A program made the position numbers and the translations under genes. 64,000 nucleotides of DNA from a virus, in IMG/VR virus record IMGVR_UViG_3300017991_000064, positions 32,001 through 96,000 of that record; one strand, written 5' to 3'. The notes below the pieces were generated by a model. The model made no database searches and had not been told where the DNA came from. It was given only the letters and a program-made list of their open reading frames with translations. Of the stretch, positions 18,634 to 27,455 are shown one piece after another; position 1 is the stretch's first letter, and each line of letters begins with the position of its first letter.

Positions 18634-19088
18634 GAAAGTTTACTTACTTTTTGCTGCTCATTTTCTTTTTATTAGTTGGCCAGAGTTTCAGAGTAAAGGC
18701 TGAGGTTTTTGTAGTAACCAAAGTGAAGTACCCTGAGAAACCACATAGAACGTATTACCTCCGTTCAGTTACTAAGCCAATCCATAAACTCTCTATGGTT
18801 CAGAAGGATATTAAAGGCCTGTATCTGGAGATGAATGATCAGATTGAGGTAGTTTTAAGTTTTGAGAAACCTGGTGATACAGAAATCTTCGTATATCTGA
18901 GAGTTGAAACGATGGGGGAGAAGAGAACACCGGCTGGAGACCAGAGAACTGTTTACGGGTGTACATTTATCAATGGGGCAAGTTTTGGAGGCTCGGGTAA
19001 ATTTGATGGTGGATTCTTCAATAAAACATTAAAACTGGGTGATAGGTTCTACTTATCCCTACGCAAAGTTTCAGAGGAGGATAGCTGA
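18630..19088 (+). CDS. Exported hypothetical protein
   Basis: N-terminal signal peptide MRKFTYFLLLIFFLLVG...VKA|EV. Confidence 0.55.
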   Translation: MRKFTYFLLLIFFLLVGQSFRVKAEVFVVTKVKYPEKPHRTYYLRSVTKPIHKLSMVQKDIKGLYLEMNDQIEVVLSFEKPGDTEIFVYLRVETMGEKRTPAGDQRTVYGCTFINGASFGGSGKFDGGFFNKTLKLGDRFYLSLRKVSEEDS

Positions 19089-19090
19089 TC

Positions 19091-19768
19091 ATGTACGAAA
19101 ATATAGAAATGATTCCGCAAGATGTCAGGATCATCGAACAGCCCGTACTAAAGAATATCAGAAACTCGGAGTTTGTAGCTAGGTTATCACACCGCTCGGA
19201 AGAAAGAATCTCCGACGATTCTTACGTGGCTCTCATGGATAAAATGACACGTTTGAACCACCAGGCAGCCTTTGAGTTCATGGATATGACCGTAATGTTT
19301 ACTACGAACCGTGGAGTATCCCATGAACTTGTCCGACATCGCCTATGTTCCTTCCTGCAAGAGAGTACGAGATACATCAATTTCGACAAGAAGATGAAGG
19401 GTAAGATTCCTATTATCCGCGGGGATTACCCAATGTATATGTTAAAGATTCTGGATGACATAGCATATACATACAAGAAGATGGTTAACGAAGGTATCCC
19501 ACCACAGAAAGCAAGAGATATCCTACCAATGTCATTGGCTACCAGGATAGCTGTTAAAACCAATCTTAGAGAATGGGCATATTTATTCCACATGAGATTA
19601 TTCAACAAGAAAGCTCATCCTCAGTTTAGAGAGTTGATGTCAATGCTATTGAATAAGCTAGTAAACAAACCAGCCTGGTATCCGGTAGTAAACTGCCTAC
19701 TTCAGAATACCTATGGATACACAGAAGAACAAATCGAAGATGCAAGGGGGGTCTGTCTCAATGAGTAA
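19091..19768 (+). CDS. thyX: Flavin-dependent thymidylate synthase
   Basis: H.AAFEF, RGVSHELVRHR-x7-STRY, ARDILP, NLREW and AHPQ. Confidence 0.95.
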   Translation: MYENIEMIPQDVRIIEQPVLKNIRNSEFVARLSHRSEERISDDSYVALMDKMTRLNHQAAFEFMDMTVMFTTNRGVSHELVRHRLCSFLQESTRYINFDKKMKGKIPIIRGDYPMYMLKILDDIAYTYKKMVNEGIPPQKARDILPMSLATRIAVKTNLREWAYLFHMRLFNKKAHPQFRELMSMLLNKLVNKPAWYPVVNCLLQNTYGYTEEQIEDARGVCLNE

Positions 19769-20597
19769 TGTCACATATGTATTCTATGAAAATGGTGTCA
19801 AGATGCTTGGGTCTACTAACAATGAATTTGATGTGGGATCAGATGCTATAAGAGATGAACTTCTCCAACGACTCCAATCAACAATCAGCCATGTTTCCGA
19901 GTTAGAATTCCAGGTGAAAGATCTTGAGGCCTCAAAGAACCAGGCCTACAAGGAAAGGAATTTAATGGTTCAATTCCTCACCTTCATCTACCCATCATAT
20001 CTTACTAAGCACCCCGAAGATGATCTTTCCTGGGAACAGGACTGGATGAACATTGTTGTGGTTGATGGTCCTGGTGGTCAAATGAGTTGGCACATCCATG
20101 ATTCTGAAATGCTTCTCTTCTCCCATCTGGGGTACAGAGAGAATGATTGGGATGGGCATACCACGGAGGATAAGTACAAAAGGTTAGAGCATTGTTGCCG
20201 AGTAGAGATTCAGAGACCACTAATTGAGAATCCACCGATCGTTAAGTCTCAGGGTGATCGTGATAAAGTAGAATTAGGTCTTTGTCTACAGATGATCGAT
20301 AAAGATAACATCTTTAAGGCCATCGTTCAAGAGATATTCAAACAGAAAGCTGCAGAGAGGGGCTATGTTCTCCCCGATCAGGACTCTGATATTTCTATGA
20401 TCAACGGCGAGCTAGAAGAGAAATTGGTTCTTATGGGATTCCAAACAAAGGTGGAAATGGCAGTTCATCGTATTCCCTACCCCTTTGATAAGAACAAGAA
20501 AACCAAGGTAGAGCATGTTGATGTGTCAGTCACTGAAGGAATTGATAAATTCATAGGTGCTATTAAAGGAGCTAAGGAGGAAAAGAAAGATGAATGA
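19761..20597 (+). CDS. Phage protein with WDGH motif
   Basis: ERN...GQMSWH...WDGHTTE..Y.RL. Start moved to the ATG at 19761. Confidence 0.6.
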   Translation: MSNVTYVFYENGVKMLGSTNNEFDVGSDAIRDELLQRLQSTISHVSELEFQVKDLEASKNQAYKERNLMVQFLTFIYPSYLTKHPEDDLSWEQDWMNIVVVDGPGGQMSWHIHDSEMLLFSHLGYRENDWDGHTTEDKYKRLEHCCRVEIQRPLIENPPIVKSQGDRDKVELGLCLQMIDKDNIFKAIVQEIFKQKAAERGYVLPDQDSDISMINGELEEKLVLMGFQTKVEMAVHRIPYPFDKNKKTKVEHVDVSVTEGIDKFIGAIKGAKEEKKDE

Positions 20598-21597
20598 TAC
20601 CCAACTCATTCAATTGGCGGAGGAAACATTCGGTGGTGCACTTGATGTTATGAAACGAAAGAATGCTGACTACACAGCAGGTATGAAGGAGTATGATGCT
20701 CTTCTAAACTTTAAGTTGATTGCTTCATTGTTGAATATCTCTCCCTATAAGGTCTGGGGTGTTTATGCTATGAAGCATATGCTTGCGATCCTTAAGTTCA
20801 CCAATACTGGTAGGGTAGAAAGTGAAGGTTTATTTGGAAGGGTTGATGACCAGATGAACTATGCCATTCTCCTCAAGGCACTGGCTACAGATGAGAAGAA
20901 TGGTGTCAGAATGACCATTGATCTCGAAGAGTACTTCAGAATTCATATGGCAGAAAATGGGGTTCAGAACGATGACATCATTGACGATGATGAACCAGAG
21001 ATTGATCAAGAGTTTATCCAGACGAGATTAAATACAACTCTTGAAGCATTGAAGGAAAGTCTACAAAGGTCAGACTCCATTCCTGTTGATGTAAAGAAAA
21101 TGATCGAGAAAAAGATACAGAGTATGGAAGAGATGGTAACTACACCCTCCACGTCAGATGTGGAAGGAGTTAAGGTAGTTCCTCCACCTGAGGAGGATAC
21201 GCTAGTTATTGTACCCATCTCGGATACCCTAGAGGCATTGCTAAAAAGGTATCAAATGGACAAGGAGTCTGTGGAGAAGACCATTATTCCAAACATCATT
21301 TCGATGTTCGAAAGGTTTCAGCAGAAGTTTGGTGATGGCAGAAAATGTATGACTAGAGTAGAAACGTTTAAGAAACCCAATAACCTTGAGAAAAAGGTTA
21401 GATATTCTGCTTACGTGGTCTTGTACTTAAAACAGGATGAGCATCCTTCTGGAGTACAGATTGACAGAATGGGATTCGGGGTTTATGACAGTATTCAAGA
21501 TGTCACGGTCGCTGGAGAGATGGTGAGTATCGCATTAGAGCGGGTTCATAAAAAGTGTAAAATTGATATCGAAGTAGCCGAAGCTGTACAATTTTAA
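20590..21597 (+). CDS. DUF1599/Nmad1-like nucleotide-modification-associated domain with C-terminal extension
   Basis: KNADY...NF...KH..AI...D..NY.IL motif. Start set at ATG 20590, which follows AGGAGG. Confidence 0.6.
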   Translation: MNDTQLIQLAEETFGGALDVMKRKNADYTAGMKEYDALLNFKLIASLLNISPYKVWGVYAMKHMLAILKFTNTGRVESEGLFGRVDDQMNYAILLKALATDEKNGVRMTIDLEEYFRIHMAENGVQNDDIIDDDEPEIDQEFIQTRLNTTLEALKESLQRSDSIPVDVKKMIEKKIQSMEEMVTTPSTSDVEGVKVVPPPEEDTLVIVPISDTLEALLKRYQMDKESVEKTIIPNIISMFERFQQKFGDGRKCMTRVETFKKPNNLEKKVRYSAYVVLYLKQDEHPSGVQIDRMGFGVYDSIQDVTVAGEMVSIALERVHKKCKIDIEVAEAVQF

Positions 21598-21851
21598 TGA
21601 ACATGAGTAGAATACCAGAAGCTTTATCTAATGTAATGATGTGGCTATCTGCCTTGAAGGTTAGAGGTCGGATTTTCTTCCACTGGACAACAAAAGGTAA
21701 GGACCTTGAATTCACCCTACGCATTCCAGCCAATGAAGCCATAGCAGTCCCCGCAAAGGAACTTGCTAATCTGAACAAAGCACGGAGTGTTAGTGAGAAA
21801 TTAAGGATCCTTAGACGTATTGCTCTTCTAGTCGAGAATAGAAGAAAATAG
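21597..21851 (+). CDS. Hypothetical protein
   Basis: TAATG coupling to the upstream gene. Confidence 0.5.
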   Translation: MNMSRIPEALSNVMMWLSALKVRGRIFFHWTTKGKDLEFTLRIPANEAIAVPAKELANLNKARSVSEKLRILRRIALLVENRRK

Positions 21852-21879
21852 CCTTTTTATAGTATATAAGGAGGTTCTC

Positions 21880-22248
21880 ATGAGAATGTGGATGGTAGAT
21901 CCAAAGATAATGTGTAGACAACATCTGTTGGGTGAGCATAGAGAGATGCATGCTCTACGAGGTATGATTATGAAAGGACTCAGTCTCGATGGCTATGTCC
22001 GTAATAATTGTCTTCAGTTTAGGGACATCAAGAAACGCCATGATCGAATTGTTGCTGAAATGATTCGTCGTGGTTATAATCACTATTCTCCACTCGAAGA
22101 AATTCCTGATATGGTCACGATAAAATATAGCTACTTCGTTCAGGAATCAAAGGTTGATGTTGAATCTTCACTACAGGATCTACTCCAACGTTGTGTACGA
22201 TGTTCTAAACGATTCAAAAAGTTAAGGAGGAATAATGGAGAACAATGA
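21880..22248 (+). CDS. Pyrimidine dimer DNA glycosylase (DenV/PDG family)
   Basis: MRMW.VDP..MCRQHLLGEH.E.H...RHD.IV.EM.RRGYNH.SP. Confidence 0.85.
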   Translation: MRMWMVDPKIMCRQHLLGEHREMHALRGMIMKGLSLDGYVRNNCLQFRDIKKRHDRIVAEMIRRGYNHYSPLEEIPDMVTIKYSYFVQESKVDVESSLQDLLQRCVRCSKRFKKLRRNNGEQ

Positions 22249-22549
22249 ACACCTACTGAACAGGAATTTTCACTTTCACAAAACAAAAGACAAGGAAGGG
22301 ATTCCGATCATCATGATTATGTCAGTTGAAAATATGGAGGGGACCTTCAAGGGAATAGATCCCCCACTAGAACGAAATGCAGAATCTGATAAGATCGGAA
22401 TCCCCAATCCCAAAACTGGAGAAACAGAGTGGATAGAATATTCTCCAGCACCAGACCTAGCACTGAAAGTCGTGGGGTATCTCACAGACAATGACATGAG
22501 AGCGCTAATGGAAGTAATCCCACGAGATATTCATCTCGAGTACATGTAG
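22235..22549 (+). CDS. Hypothetical protein
   Basis: AGGAGG RBS. Confidence 0.55.
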   Translation: MENNEHLLNRNFHFHKTKDKEGIPIIMIMSVENMEGTFKGIDPPLERNAESDKIGIPNPKTGETEWIEYSPAPDLALKVVGYLTDNDMRALMEVIPRDIHLEYM

Positions 22550-22557
22550 GAGGAATC

Positions 22558-22923
22558 ATGAACTTTATCCGGGTAGGTTTTCATTTCATGGTGGACAATG
22601 CGATCCCTATCCTTTACATTCTTCTTGCTCTCCATATCTTTCTAACTACCCGAAGAGTCTTTTACTTAGAGGGTAAGATTCGAGAGGTGGAAATTAACCT
22701 GGAAGATGTTAAGAGACAATTGGATTACTACGTTGTCTCCACCGCTGATTTCGAGAAGTTCAAGAGTGAAGTATATCTGATTGTGGACAACTTCTCAAGG
22801 TACCAGGAAATAACACGTAGAAGTAACGGAAAGTTGAGTCACCGGGGGTTAATGAATTTTCTCAAGAGTCAGCTCGAGATAGAAAGCTTACAGGCCAAAT
22901 GTGAAGTTAGTGATGATGATTAG
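22558..22923 (+). CDS. Hypothetical membrane-anchored coiled-coil protein
   Basis: N-terminal hydrophobic segment. Last + strand gene; it overlaps the stop of the convergent gene. Confidence 0.55.
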   Translation: MNFIRVGFHFMVDNAIPILYILLALHIFLTTRRVFYLEGKIREVEINLEDVKRQLDYYVVSTADFEKFKSEVYLIVDNFSRYQEITRRSNGKLSHRGLMNFLKSQLEIESLQAKCEVSDDD

Positions 22924-23360
22924 AATCTAAAGGTGAATGAAACACTCTTCTTTCCATATTCAGTTCCAAAGGGGCTTACGACATTCCCAAGTTGTAAGCC
23001 TTCTTTTTTGTGTAGTTTGGTTAGGATTCTGTTCTCAAGGTGTGATGTAATACGATCACTCATCTCCAAACTCATTTCACGTCTCAATGATCTCTTCAGA
23101 TATTTTCCAAAGGCACCTAATCCCCTTGTCTTCATTTCGTATCTATGGTTCGTAATATAATCACCCGTTGCACTACACCAATGCTTTAACCTTTTGTACA
23201 TTACAAGTTCGGTAGCAGTATAGTATTTAGTAGCTCCACTTTCATCTGCTCTCTTCATCGCTTTTGTCGCTACTCTTATGAATTGTGTAAATATCAGTAG
23301 TACAATTAGATTGAAGTAATTCACAAGTACATCATTTAATAGATCACCAATTAATTCCAT
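22920..23360 (-). CDS. Hypothetical membrane protein
   Basis: N-terminal TM segment and a GGGGG RBS. Confidence 0.5.
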   Translation of the reverse strand: MELIGDLLNDVLVNYFNLIVLLIFTQFIRVATKAMKRADESGATKYYTATELVMYKRLKHWCSATGDYITNHRYEMKTRGLGAFGKYLKRSLRREMSLEMSDRITSHLENRILTKLHKKEGLQLGNVVSPFGTEYGKKSVSFTFRF

Positions 23361-23372
23361 TCAAACCCCCCT

Positions 23373-23449
23373 TGCCAGAATGACAAAACAGTACCAAGAT
23401 TTCATTTGTTAGGTTTACCAGTGGAAATCCTTAACTTAAATCTCAACGA
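23373..23449 (+). repeat. Dispersed ~78-bp intergenic element, copy D
   Basis: TGCCAGAATGAC...CAGTGGAAATCCTTAACTTAAATCTCAACGA. Its 3' half matches copy C. Confidence 0.7.
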
Positions 23450-23643
23450 CCCATATAGGGAAAAATTTGACCCTTTATTTTATCCCCTTTTCTCCTTCTC
23501 TTTAATTTCCTGGTGGTCATCCACATTGAGATCATTTGAATTACTACCATCGCTGAGACAAGAATGGTTCCACCCATAAGAATGTAAGCAATGGTTTTGA
23601 GACTCCATTCGAGTTCAATTATTGTCATCATACCTCCTATCAA
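23443..23643 (-). CDS. Small single-TM protein with basic C-terminus
   Basis: Hydrophobic helix followed by RKLKRRRK. Confidence 0.45.
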   Translation of the reverse strand: MIGGMMTIIELEWSLKTIAYILMGGTILVSAMVVIQMISMWMTTRKLKRRRKGDKIKGQIFPYMGR

Positions 23644-23645
23644 CG

Positions 23646-23676
23646 GAAATGGGATAGAGAATGAACTCTATCCCAT
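23646..23676 (-). terminator. Hairpin / terminator after the holin-like gene
   Basis: ATGGGATAGAG/CTCTATCCCAT 11-bp perfect stem with a short T tract. Confidence 0.6.
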
Positions 23677-23716
23677 AACCATGCTCCAAAATATCGTAAC
23701 GTATGTACGACCTGAA

Positions 23717-24181
23717 TCAGTTACCGATGTTGTTCACCTTGAACACATTCTGTTCCACTAGATGCTCAATGTATGCACCGGTATCACCCATGAACTTATC
23801 AAGGAGATCCATCTTTTCCTTACCAAGAATTCTCTTGGCCTCGCTGATAACATTCTGTTTGATGACCTTCTTCTCTGCATCGGTTACCTTAGCACCACCA
23901 TCGCTATCAGGTGCCTGGGCTTTCTTGTACTCCTTAACCAATGTTTGTTCTGCTGACATGACCAAAGTTTCGATTAGTTCAGCCAGGTCCAGCTTGGTTT
24001 CGTAGTACTGTATCTTCTCACCCTGTGCCTCTGCGGCAGCTTTCTTCGCTTCCATATCTTTCTCATAGGTATCAACGTATTTCTTCACCTTTGAGGAGAT
24101 CATGGGAAGAAGAACAATAATAGCTGTTTTGATCAACCAGTTCAGTACGAGACTAACGGCCTCTGATGATAGCCATTCCAT
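23717..24181 (-). CDS. Holin-like protein (LL-H type)
   Basis: One N-terminal TM segment, V.SAEQ, and IE.LVE..V C-terminus. Lies downstream of the endolysin. Confidence 0.55.
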   Translation of the reverse strand: MEWLSSEAVSLVLNWLIKTAIIVLLPMISSKVKKYVDTYEKDMEAKKAAAEAQGEKIQYYETKLDLAELIETLVMSAEQTLVKEYKKAQAPDSDGGAKVTDAEKKVIKQNVISEAKRILGKEKMDLLDKFMGDTGAYIEHLVEQNVFKVNNIGN

Positions 24182-24236
24182 TGTGTTCACCTCCGTTTAT
24201 GTATGTAATCTAATGGTTTACTTATGATTCCTTGTG

Positions 24237-24461
24237 TCACCTCCGTCCCATGTAATATTTGCATCTAATGCATCTTCCTTTCTGTTTATCCTTTAACCCT
24301 TTCCTAAAGTTCCATTTGCCACAATTGTTGCATTTCCGCATGGTAGCTCTTTTCTTAATGGCCCACTTCAAAGAACTAAATGGCGCTTTCACAATTCCTA
24401 CAACTAGATCCTTCGGACTAATGAAGATTCCATGCCCTCGTCTATTGTTAAGAAATTTCAT
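24237..24461 (-). CDS. Small Zn-ribbon protein
   Basis: CNNC...CIRC, basic composition. Confidence 0.5.
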   Translation of the reverse strand: MKFLNNRRGHGIFISPKDLVVGIVKAPFSSLKWAIKKRATMRKCNNCGKWNFRKGLKDKQKGRCIRCKYYMGRR

Positions 24462-25033
24462 TCCTTCCCCTCCTTTACGAACTTGGGAAGATAGATAAGA
24501 TTCAATTTGTTGATTCGATTACTAACTCCGTAGTAGATACTATAGGTCCATATCCTCTTCCGTACGAGAGCAATGTTGTATTTATCTCTCATGTCATTAA
24601 AGAAGGCTGCAAATCTTTCTACAACAACATTGCTGTAATGATCCTCTCCTCCCAAACAATCTTCTACCGCCTTAAGTGTAATGGGACCTATGAGTCCATC
24701 CATTCTTAGCTGAAGGTCATACTTAATGTTGAGACATTGTTGCATGAGACGAATGGATGTATGTGGTGATGCATTGTAGGCAAAGTCCATTACACAGATA
24801 TCTAACCCTGATGGTAACTCTGAGCATTTGGCCTTTTGCCATCGTGGCATGTATACCTCCTCGAATACTGTTGACATCCTCAAGGTTTTATTCTTAATCT
24901 GTTCAGCATACTGAGGATACGCTCGTGATGAAACGCCATACATTGTTGTGCCACCTGGATCATCAGGATCATTACTCCAGTATCCCTCAAATTCCATTAG
25001 AACCGGCCAAAATTTCTTTTCGTTCCCTCTCAT
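24458..25033 (-). CDS. Endolysin, glycoside hydrolase family 108 with PG-binding domain
   Basis: EGYWSNDPDDPGGTTMYGVS, D.AYN and DGLIGP.T. Confidence 0.9.
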   Translation of the reverse strand: MRGNEKKFWPVLMEFEGYWSNDPDDPGGTTMYGVSSRAYPQYAEQIKNKTLRMSTVFEEVYMPRWQKAKCSELPSGLDICVMDFAYNASPHTSIRLMQQCLNIKYDLQLRMDGLIGPITLKAVEDCLGGEDHYSNVVVERFAAFFNDMRDKYNIALVRKRIWTYSIYYGVSNRINKLNLIYLPKFVKEGKE

Positions 25034-25055
25034 TGTGTCACCTCCATTTTATGTT

Positions 25056-25511
25056 TCATTCTGGTGTAAACCATTCTTTTATGATTTTTGACCAGGTAAG
25101 TTGATTACTTTCATTAGGCATTCCCATCACTAGATTCGTATGGTGTGAAAATAATTGGAGATACATATTATAAAGTGTGGTGGAATACATAAGCACTAAT
25201 GATCTGGGATTTAGCATGATAAACTGATCTAGAATAAATAGATCTGCCTTAACCTCATCCTTACTAAAATTCATCTCATGGGTCATAGCTGTTGAGATAA
25301 TTAATAGGTTAGGGTGGGAATCGGTAGCTTCATATATTGTATCAAAACGTTCAATCTCAAACTGTAGATTACAATTGATGGAACATACTTTGAGAAGTTT
25401 TAGAAAGAATTTGTAGTCTACATAGTCATCATACAAATCATCATAACCAGATTCAATAAAAACAGCAGTTCTGATAGAACCATTGGATGTTTCATTCATA
25501 ATGTTTAACAT
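25056..25511 (-). CDS. Hypothetical protein, possible degenerate receiver fold
   Basis: AVFIE...HPNLLIIS...LVLMYS strand spacing resembles REC, but the phospho-acceptor Asp is missing. Confidence 0.35.
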   Translation of the reverse strand: MLNIMNETSNGSIRTAVFIESGYDDLYDDYVDYKFFLKLLKVCSINCNLQFEIERFDTIYEATDSHPNLLIISTAMTHEMNFSKDEVKADLFILDQFIMLNPRSLVLMYSTTLYNMYLQLFSHHTNLVMGMPNESNQLTWSKIIKEWFTPE

Positions 25512-25575
25512 ATCACCCCCATGATAATGGTAATTTTTAATACCTACCGAATTTCTGGGGCGATAGGAATAGCGG

Positions 25576-26271
25576 TTATATTTTTATCTGCCGTTTCCTA
25601 CGCTTCTTCTTTTTTCTCTTCTTTCCAACCCCGATACCAGGTGGATCCTTGTGTACAGCATAGTAACCTAAGGCTATGGCATCTGCTGTATCATGAGGAA
25701 ATTCATCAGGGTCTATGTCATACTCTGATGAAAGGATGATCTTAACAACCTGCTTAACCATGATCTCTTTTCTGAGTTTCTTATCCCTTAACTGATACTT
25801 CTTTGATTTGGATGAAAACTCTTTGGGAATCATAGCTCCTATATGTCTACTCTTAGCTGATGGTCCTACCTTAATCAGTTTCACTCCTGGAAAGTAGAGG
25901 TGGAAGAGTGAGAAGTAGAGACCATTGAGTTCAGCTAGTTGTGAGAGAACTTTCCTACCTAAGGTATAAATGTAGTCATCAATATATACTCTTGTGATAT
26001 TAGCATAGTGCTTTTTGACTGTAGAGATCCATCGGCGAATCATTCTGATGATAATCTCAGGTGTCATTCTCGAGACTCCTAATTCAACCTCTTTATCGAT
26101 CTCTAGGTTCTCGAAATGAATTGTGTAATGATCATAGTATGGTTTACGATCTTTCTTCCGTTTCTTAAGATTCAGATAACCAAAGTCAACGATTTCCTTG
26201 GTGTCCCAATCGAATATCGCAAATCCCATGTTATTCAAACCAGTATCTACCGCTAATACTAGATTACTCAT
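25576..26271 (-). CDS. RuvC-like Holliday junction resolvase
   Basis: LAVDTGLNNMGFAI, VYIDD, P...K and HDTADAIALG. Confidence 0.8.
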   Translation of the reverse strand: MSNLVLAVDTGLNNMGFAIFDWDTKEIVDFGYLNLKKRKKDRKPYYDHYTIHFENLEIDKEVELGVSRMTPEIIIRMIRRWISTVKKHYANITRVYIDDYIYTLGRKVLSQLAELNGLYFSLFHLYFPGVKLIKVGPSAKSRHIGAMIPKEFSSKSKKYQLRDKKLRKEIMVKQVVKIILSSEYDIDPDEFPHDTADAIALGYYAVHKDPPGIGVGKKRKKKKRRKRQIKI

Positions 26272-26272
26272 A

Positions 26273-26414
26273 TTGCCTCCGATGCTGTAATGTGGATGTA
26301 ATGATCATAATAAAAAGAGAGGATACCTGCTCAAAACCAACGATTCATCACAGGTATCCACAATACGGTAGGTGACAAACGAACCAAACCATTGATCGGA
26401 GGCAAAACGACCAT
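26273..26414 (-). promoter_or_regulatory. Structured leader: anti-SD stem, terminator-like hairpin and 27-codon ORF
   Basis: 11-bp inverted repeat 26273-26283/26395-26405 covering the GGAGG RBS. 9-bp stem GGATACCTG/CAGGTATCC followed by TCTCTTTTT. ORF at 26414-26331. Confidence 0.5.
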
Positions 26415-26921
26415 TTAGATCTGTTCATCATCCGGTAGGAAAACATTTTCAATTGCTGAAATGGAGGCCTCGATTCGTGAAGCCATAGATTGGGCCTTGT
26501 CCATCATCTGTTCTCCGTTAGTGATTAGATCAAGAGCATTCATTATTCTTTTATGAACCTCACCCATATGAGCATTCTTAGGAATAATGGTAATACAATT
26601 TCTACCTCGTAGTTCCTCGAGTATGAAACTTTCTGAAACACAAGTGTAAATAACAACTGGGGTGGTTACTCCGGAGTCACGAAGTTCAATGAGAAAATCC
26701 AAGCCAGCTCTACTGTTACCATTGATTCGGATATCGAGCACCAGAAGATCATGTGTCTGAACTTTCATACACTCTCTTGCAGTGAGAACATCCATTGCCC
26801 AATCTACCTGGAGCTTTGCATAATCATCTGGTACTATTTCCTCCAGATATCTTGTCCAGATTCTTCTCATAATGTGTTCATCTTCCATGAATAGGATACG
26901 ATATTTTCCATCCTTTGTCAT
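26415..26921 (-). CDS. Stand-alone response regulator receiver (CheY-like)
   Basis: ILFMEDE, DLLVLD(63)IRI, AGLDFL, PVVIYT and IIPK. All catalytic positions are present; there is no DNA-binding domain. Confidence 0.85.
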   Translation of the reverse strand: MTKDGKYRILFMEDEHIMRRIWTRYLEEIVPDDYAKLQVDWAMDVLTARECMKVQTHDLLVLDIRINGNSRAGLDFLIELRDSGVTTPVVIYTCVSESFILEELRGRNCITIIPKNAHMGEVHKRIMNALDLITNGEQMMDKAQSMASRIEASISAIENVFLPDDEQI

Positions 26922-26932
26922 AGTTTCACCCC

Positions 26933-27373
26933 TTAAACTCCAATGAAATACTTAATTAGAAGTAGAGAGACAGCACCAAGGATACCCCAAAGATACTTGG
27001 AGAAGTGTTCCTTAAAACGATGCTTCTTATCTTCCTTAGTCTCTCTAGCTTCAGTATTCTTTTGTACCTTCTGAAACAGGTCGAACTCGTTAATCTTTTC
27101 CATTAATGCACATTGTCCGGTCATACAGGTATGCATCTGTTTCTTTTCAAGGTCTCTAAGAACCTGACGAACAGATTTCTCAAACATCTCAATGTTGTGC
27201 TTGATGTTGGTAAACTCTAGTTCGTCATCTTTACTCTGCAATTCCATCTGATGAATCTTATTTTTAAGAGCCTCAATCCCCTCAAGGAGTTTTTCTAGTC
27301 TTTCAGGTAACCCTGACATCTGACCCATGAATTGATTCATCTTATCTTGTATTGTAATAGGATCACCTGGCAT
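26933..27373 (-). CDS. Coiled-coil protein with C-terminal TM helix (holin-like)
   Basis: Coiled coil followed by YLWGILGAVSLLLIKYFIGV. It is the first gene after the fibre genes. Confidence 0.5.
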   Translation of the reverse strand: MPGDPITIQDKMNQFMGQMSGLPERLEKLLEGIEALKNKIHQMELQSKDDELEFTNIKHNIEMFEKSVRQVLRDLEKKQMHTCMTGQCALMEKINEFDLFQKVQKNTEARETKEDKKHRFKEHFSKYLWGILGAVSLLLIKYFIGV

Positions 27374-27408
27374 TCTAGCTATCCTCCTTTTCTTTCGTCT
27401 GTAGTTGT

Positions 27409-27441
27409 AAAGGGGGGGGCCAGCCCATTAGACCGGCCCCT
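27409..27441 (-). terminator. Terminator after the giant repeat protein
   Basis: GGGGCCGG/CTGGCCCC stem followed by CCCTTT. Confidence 0.6.
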
Positions 27442-27455
27442 GGTAATTCATTCCG

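Noticed and set aside
25576-26271. RuvC-fold protein as TnpB/Cas12 with the upstream structured RNA as guide
   Set aside because: At 231 aa it has no Zn finger or REC/WED region and fits a stand-alone resolvase. The RNA structure is better explained as cis-regulation.
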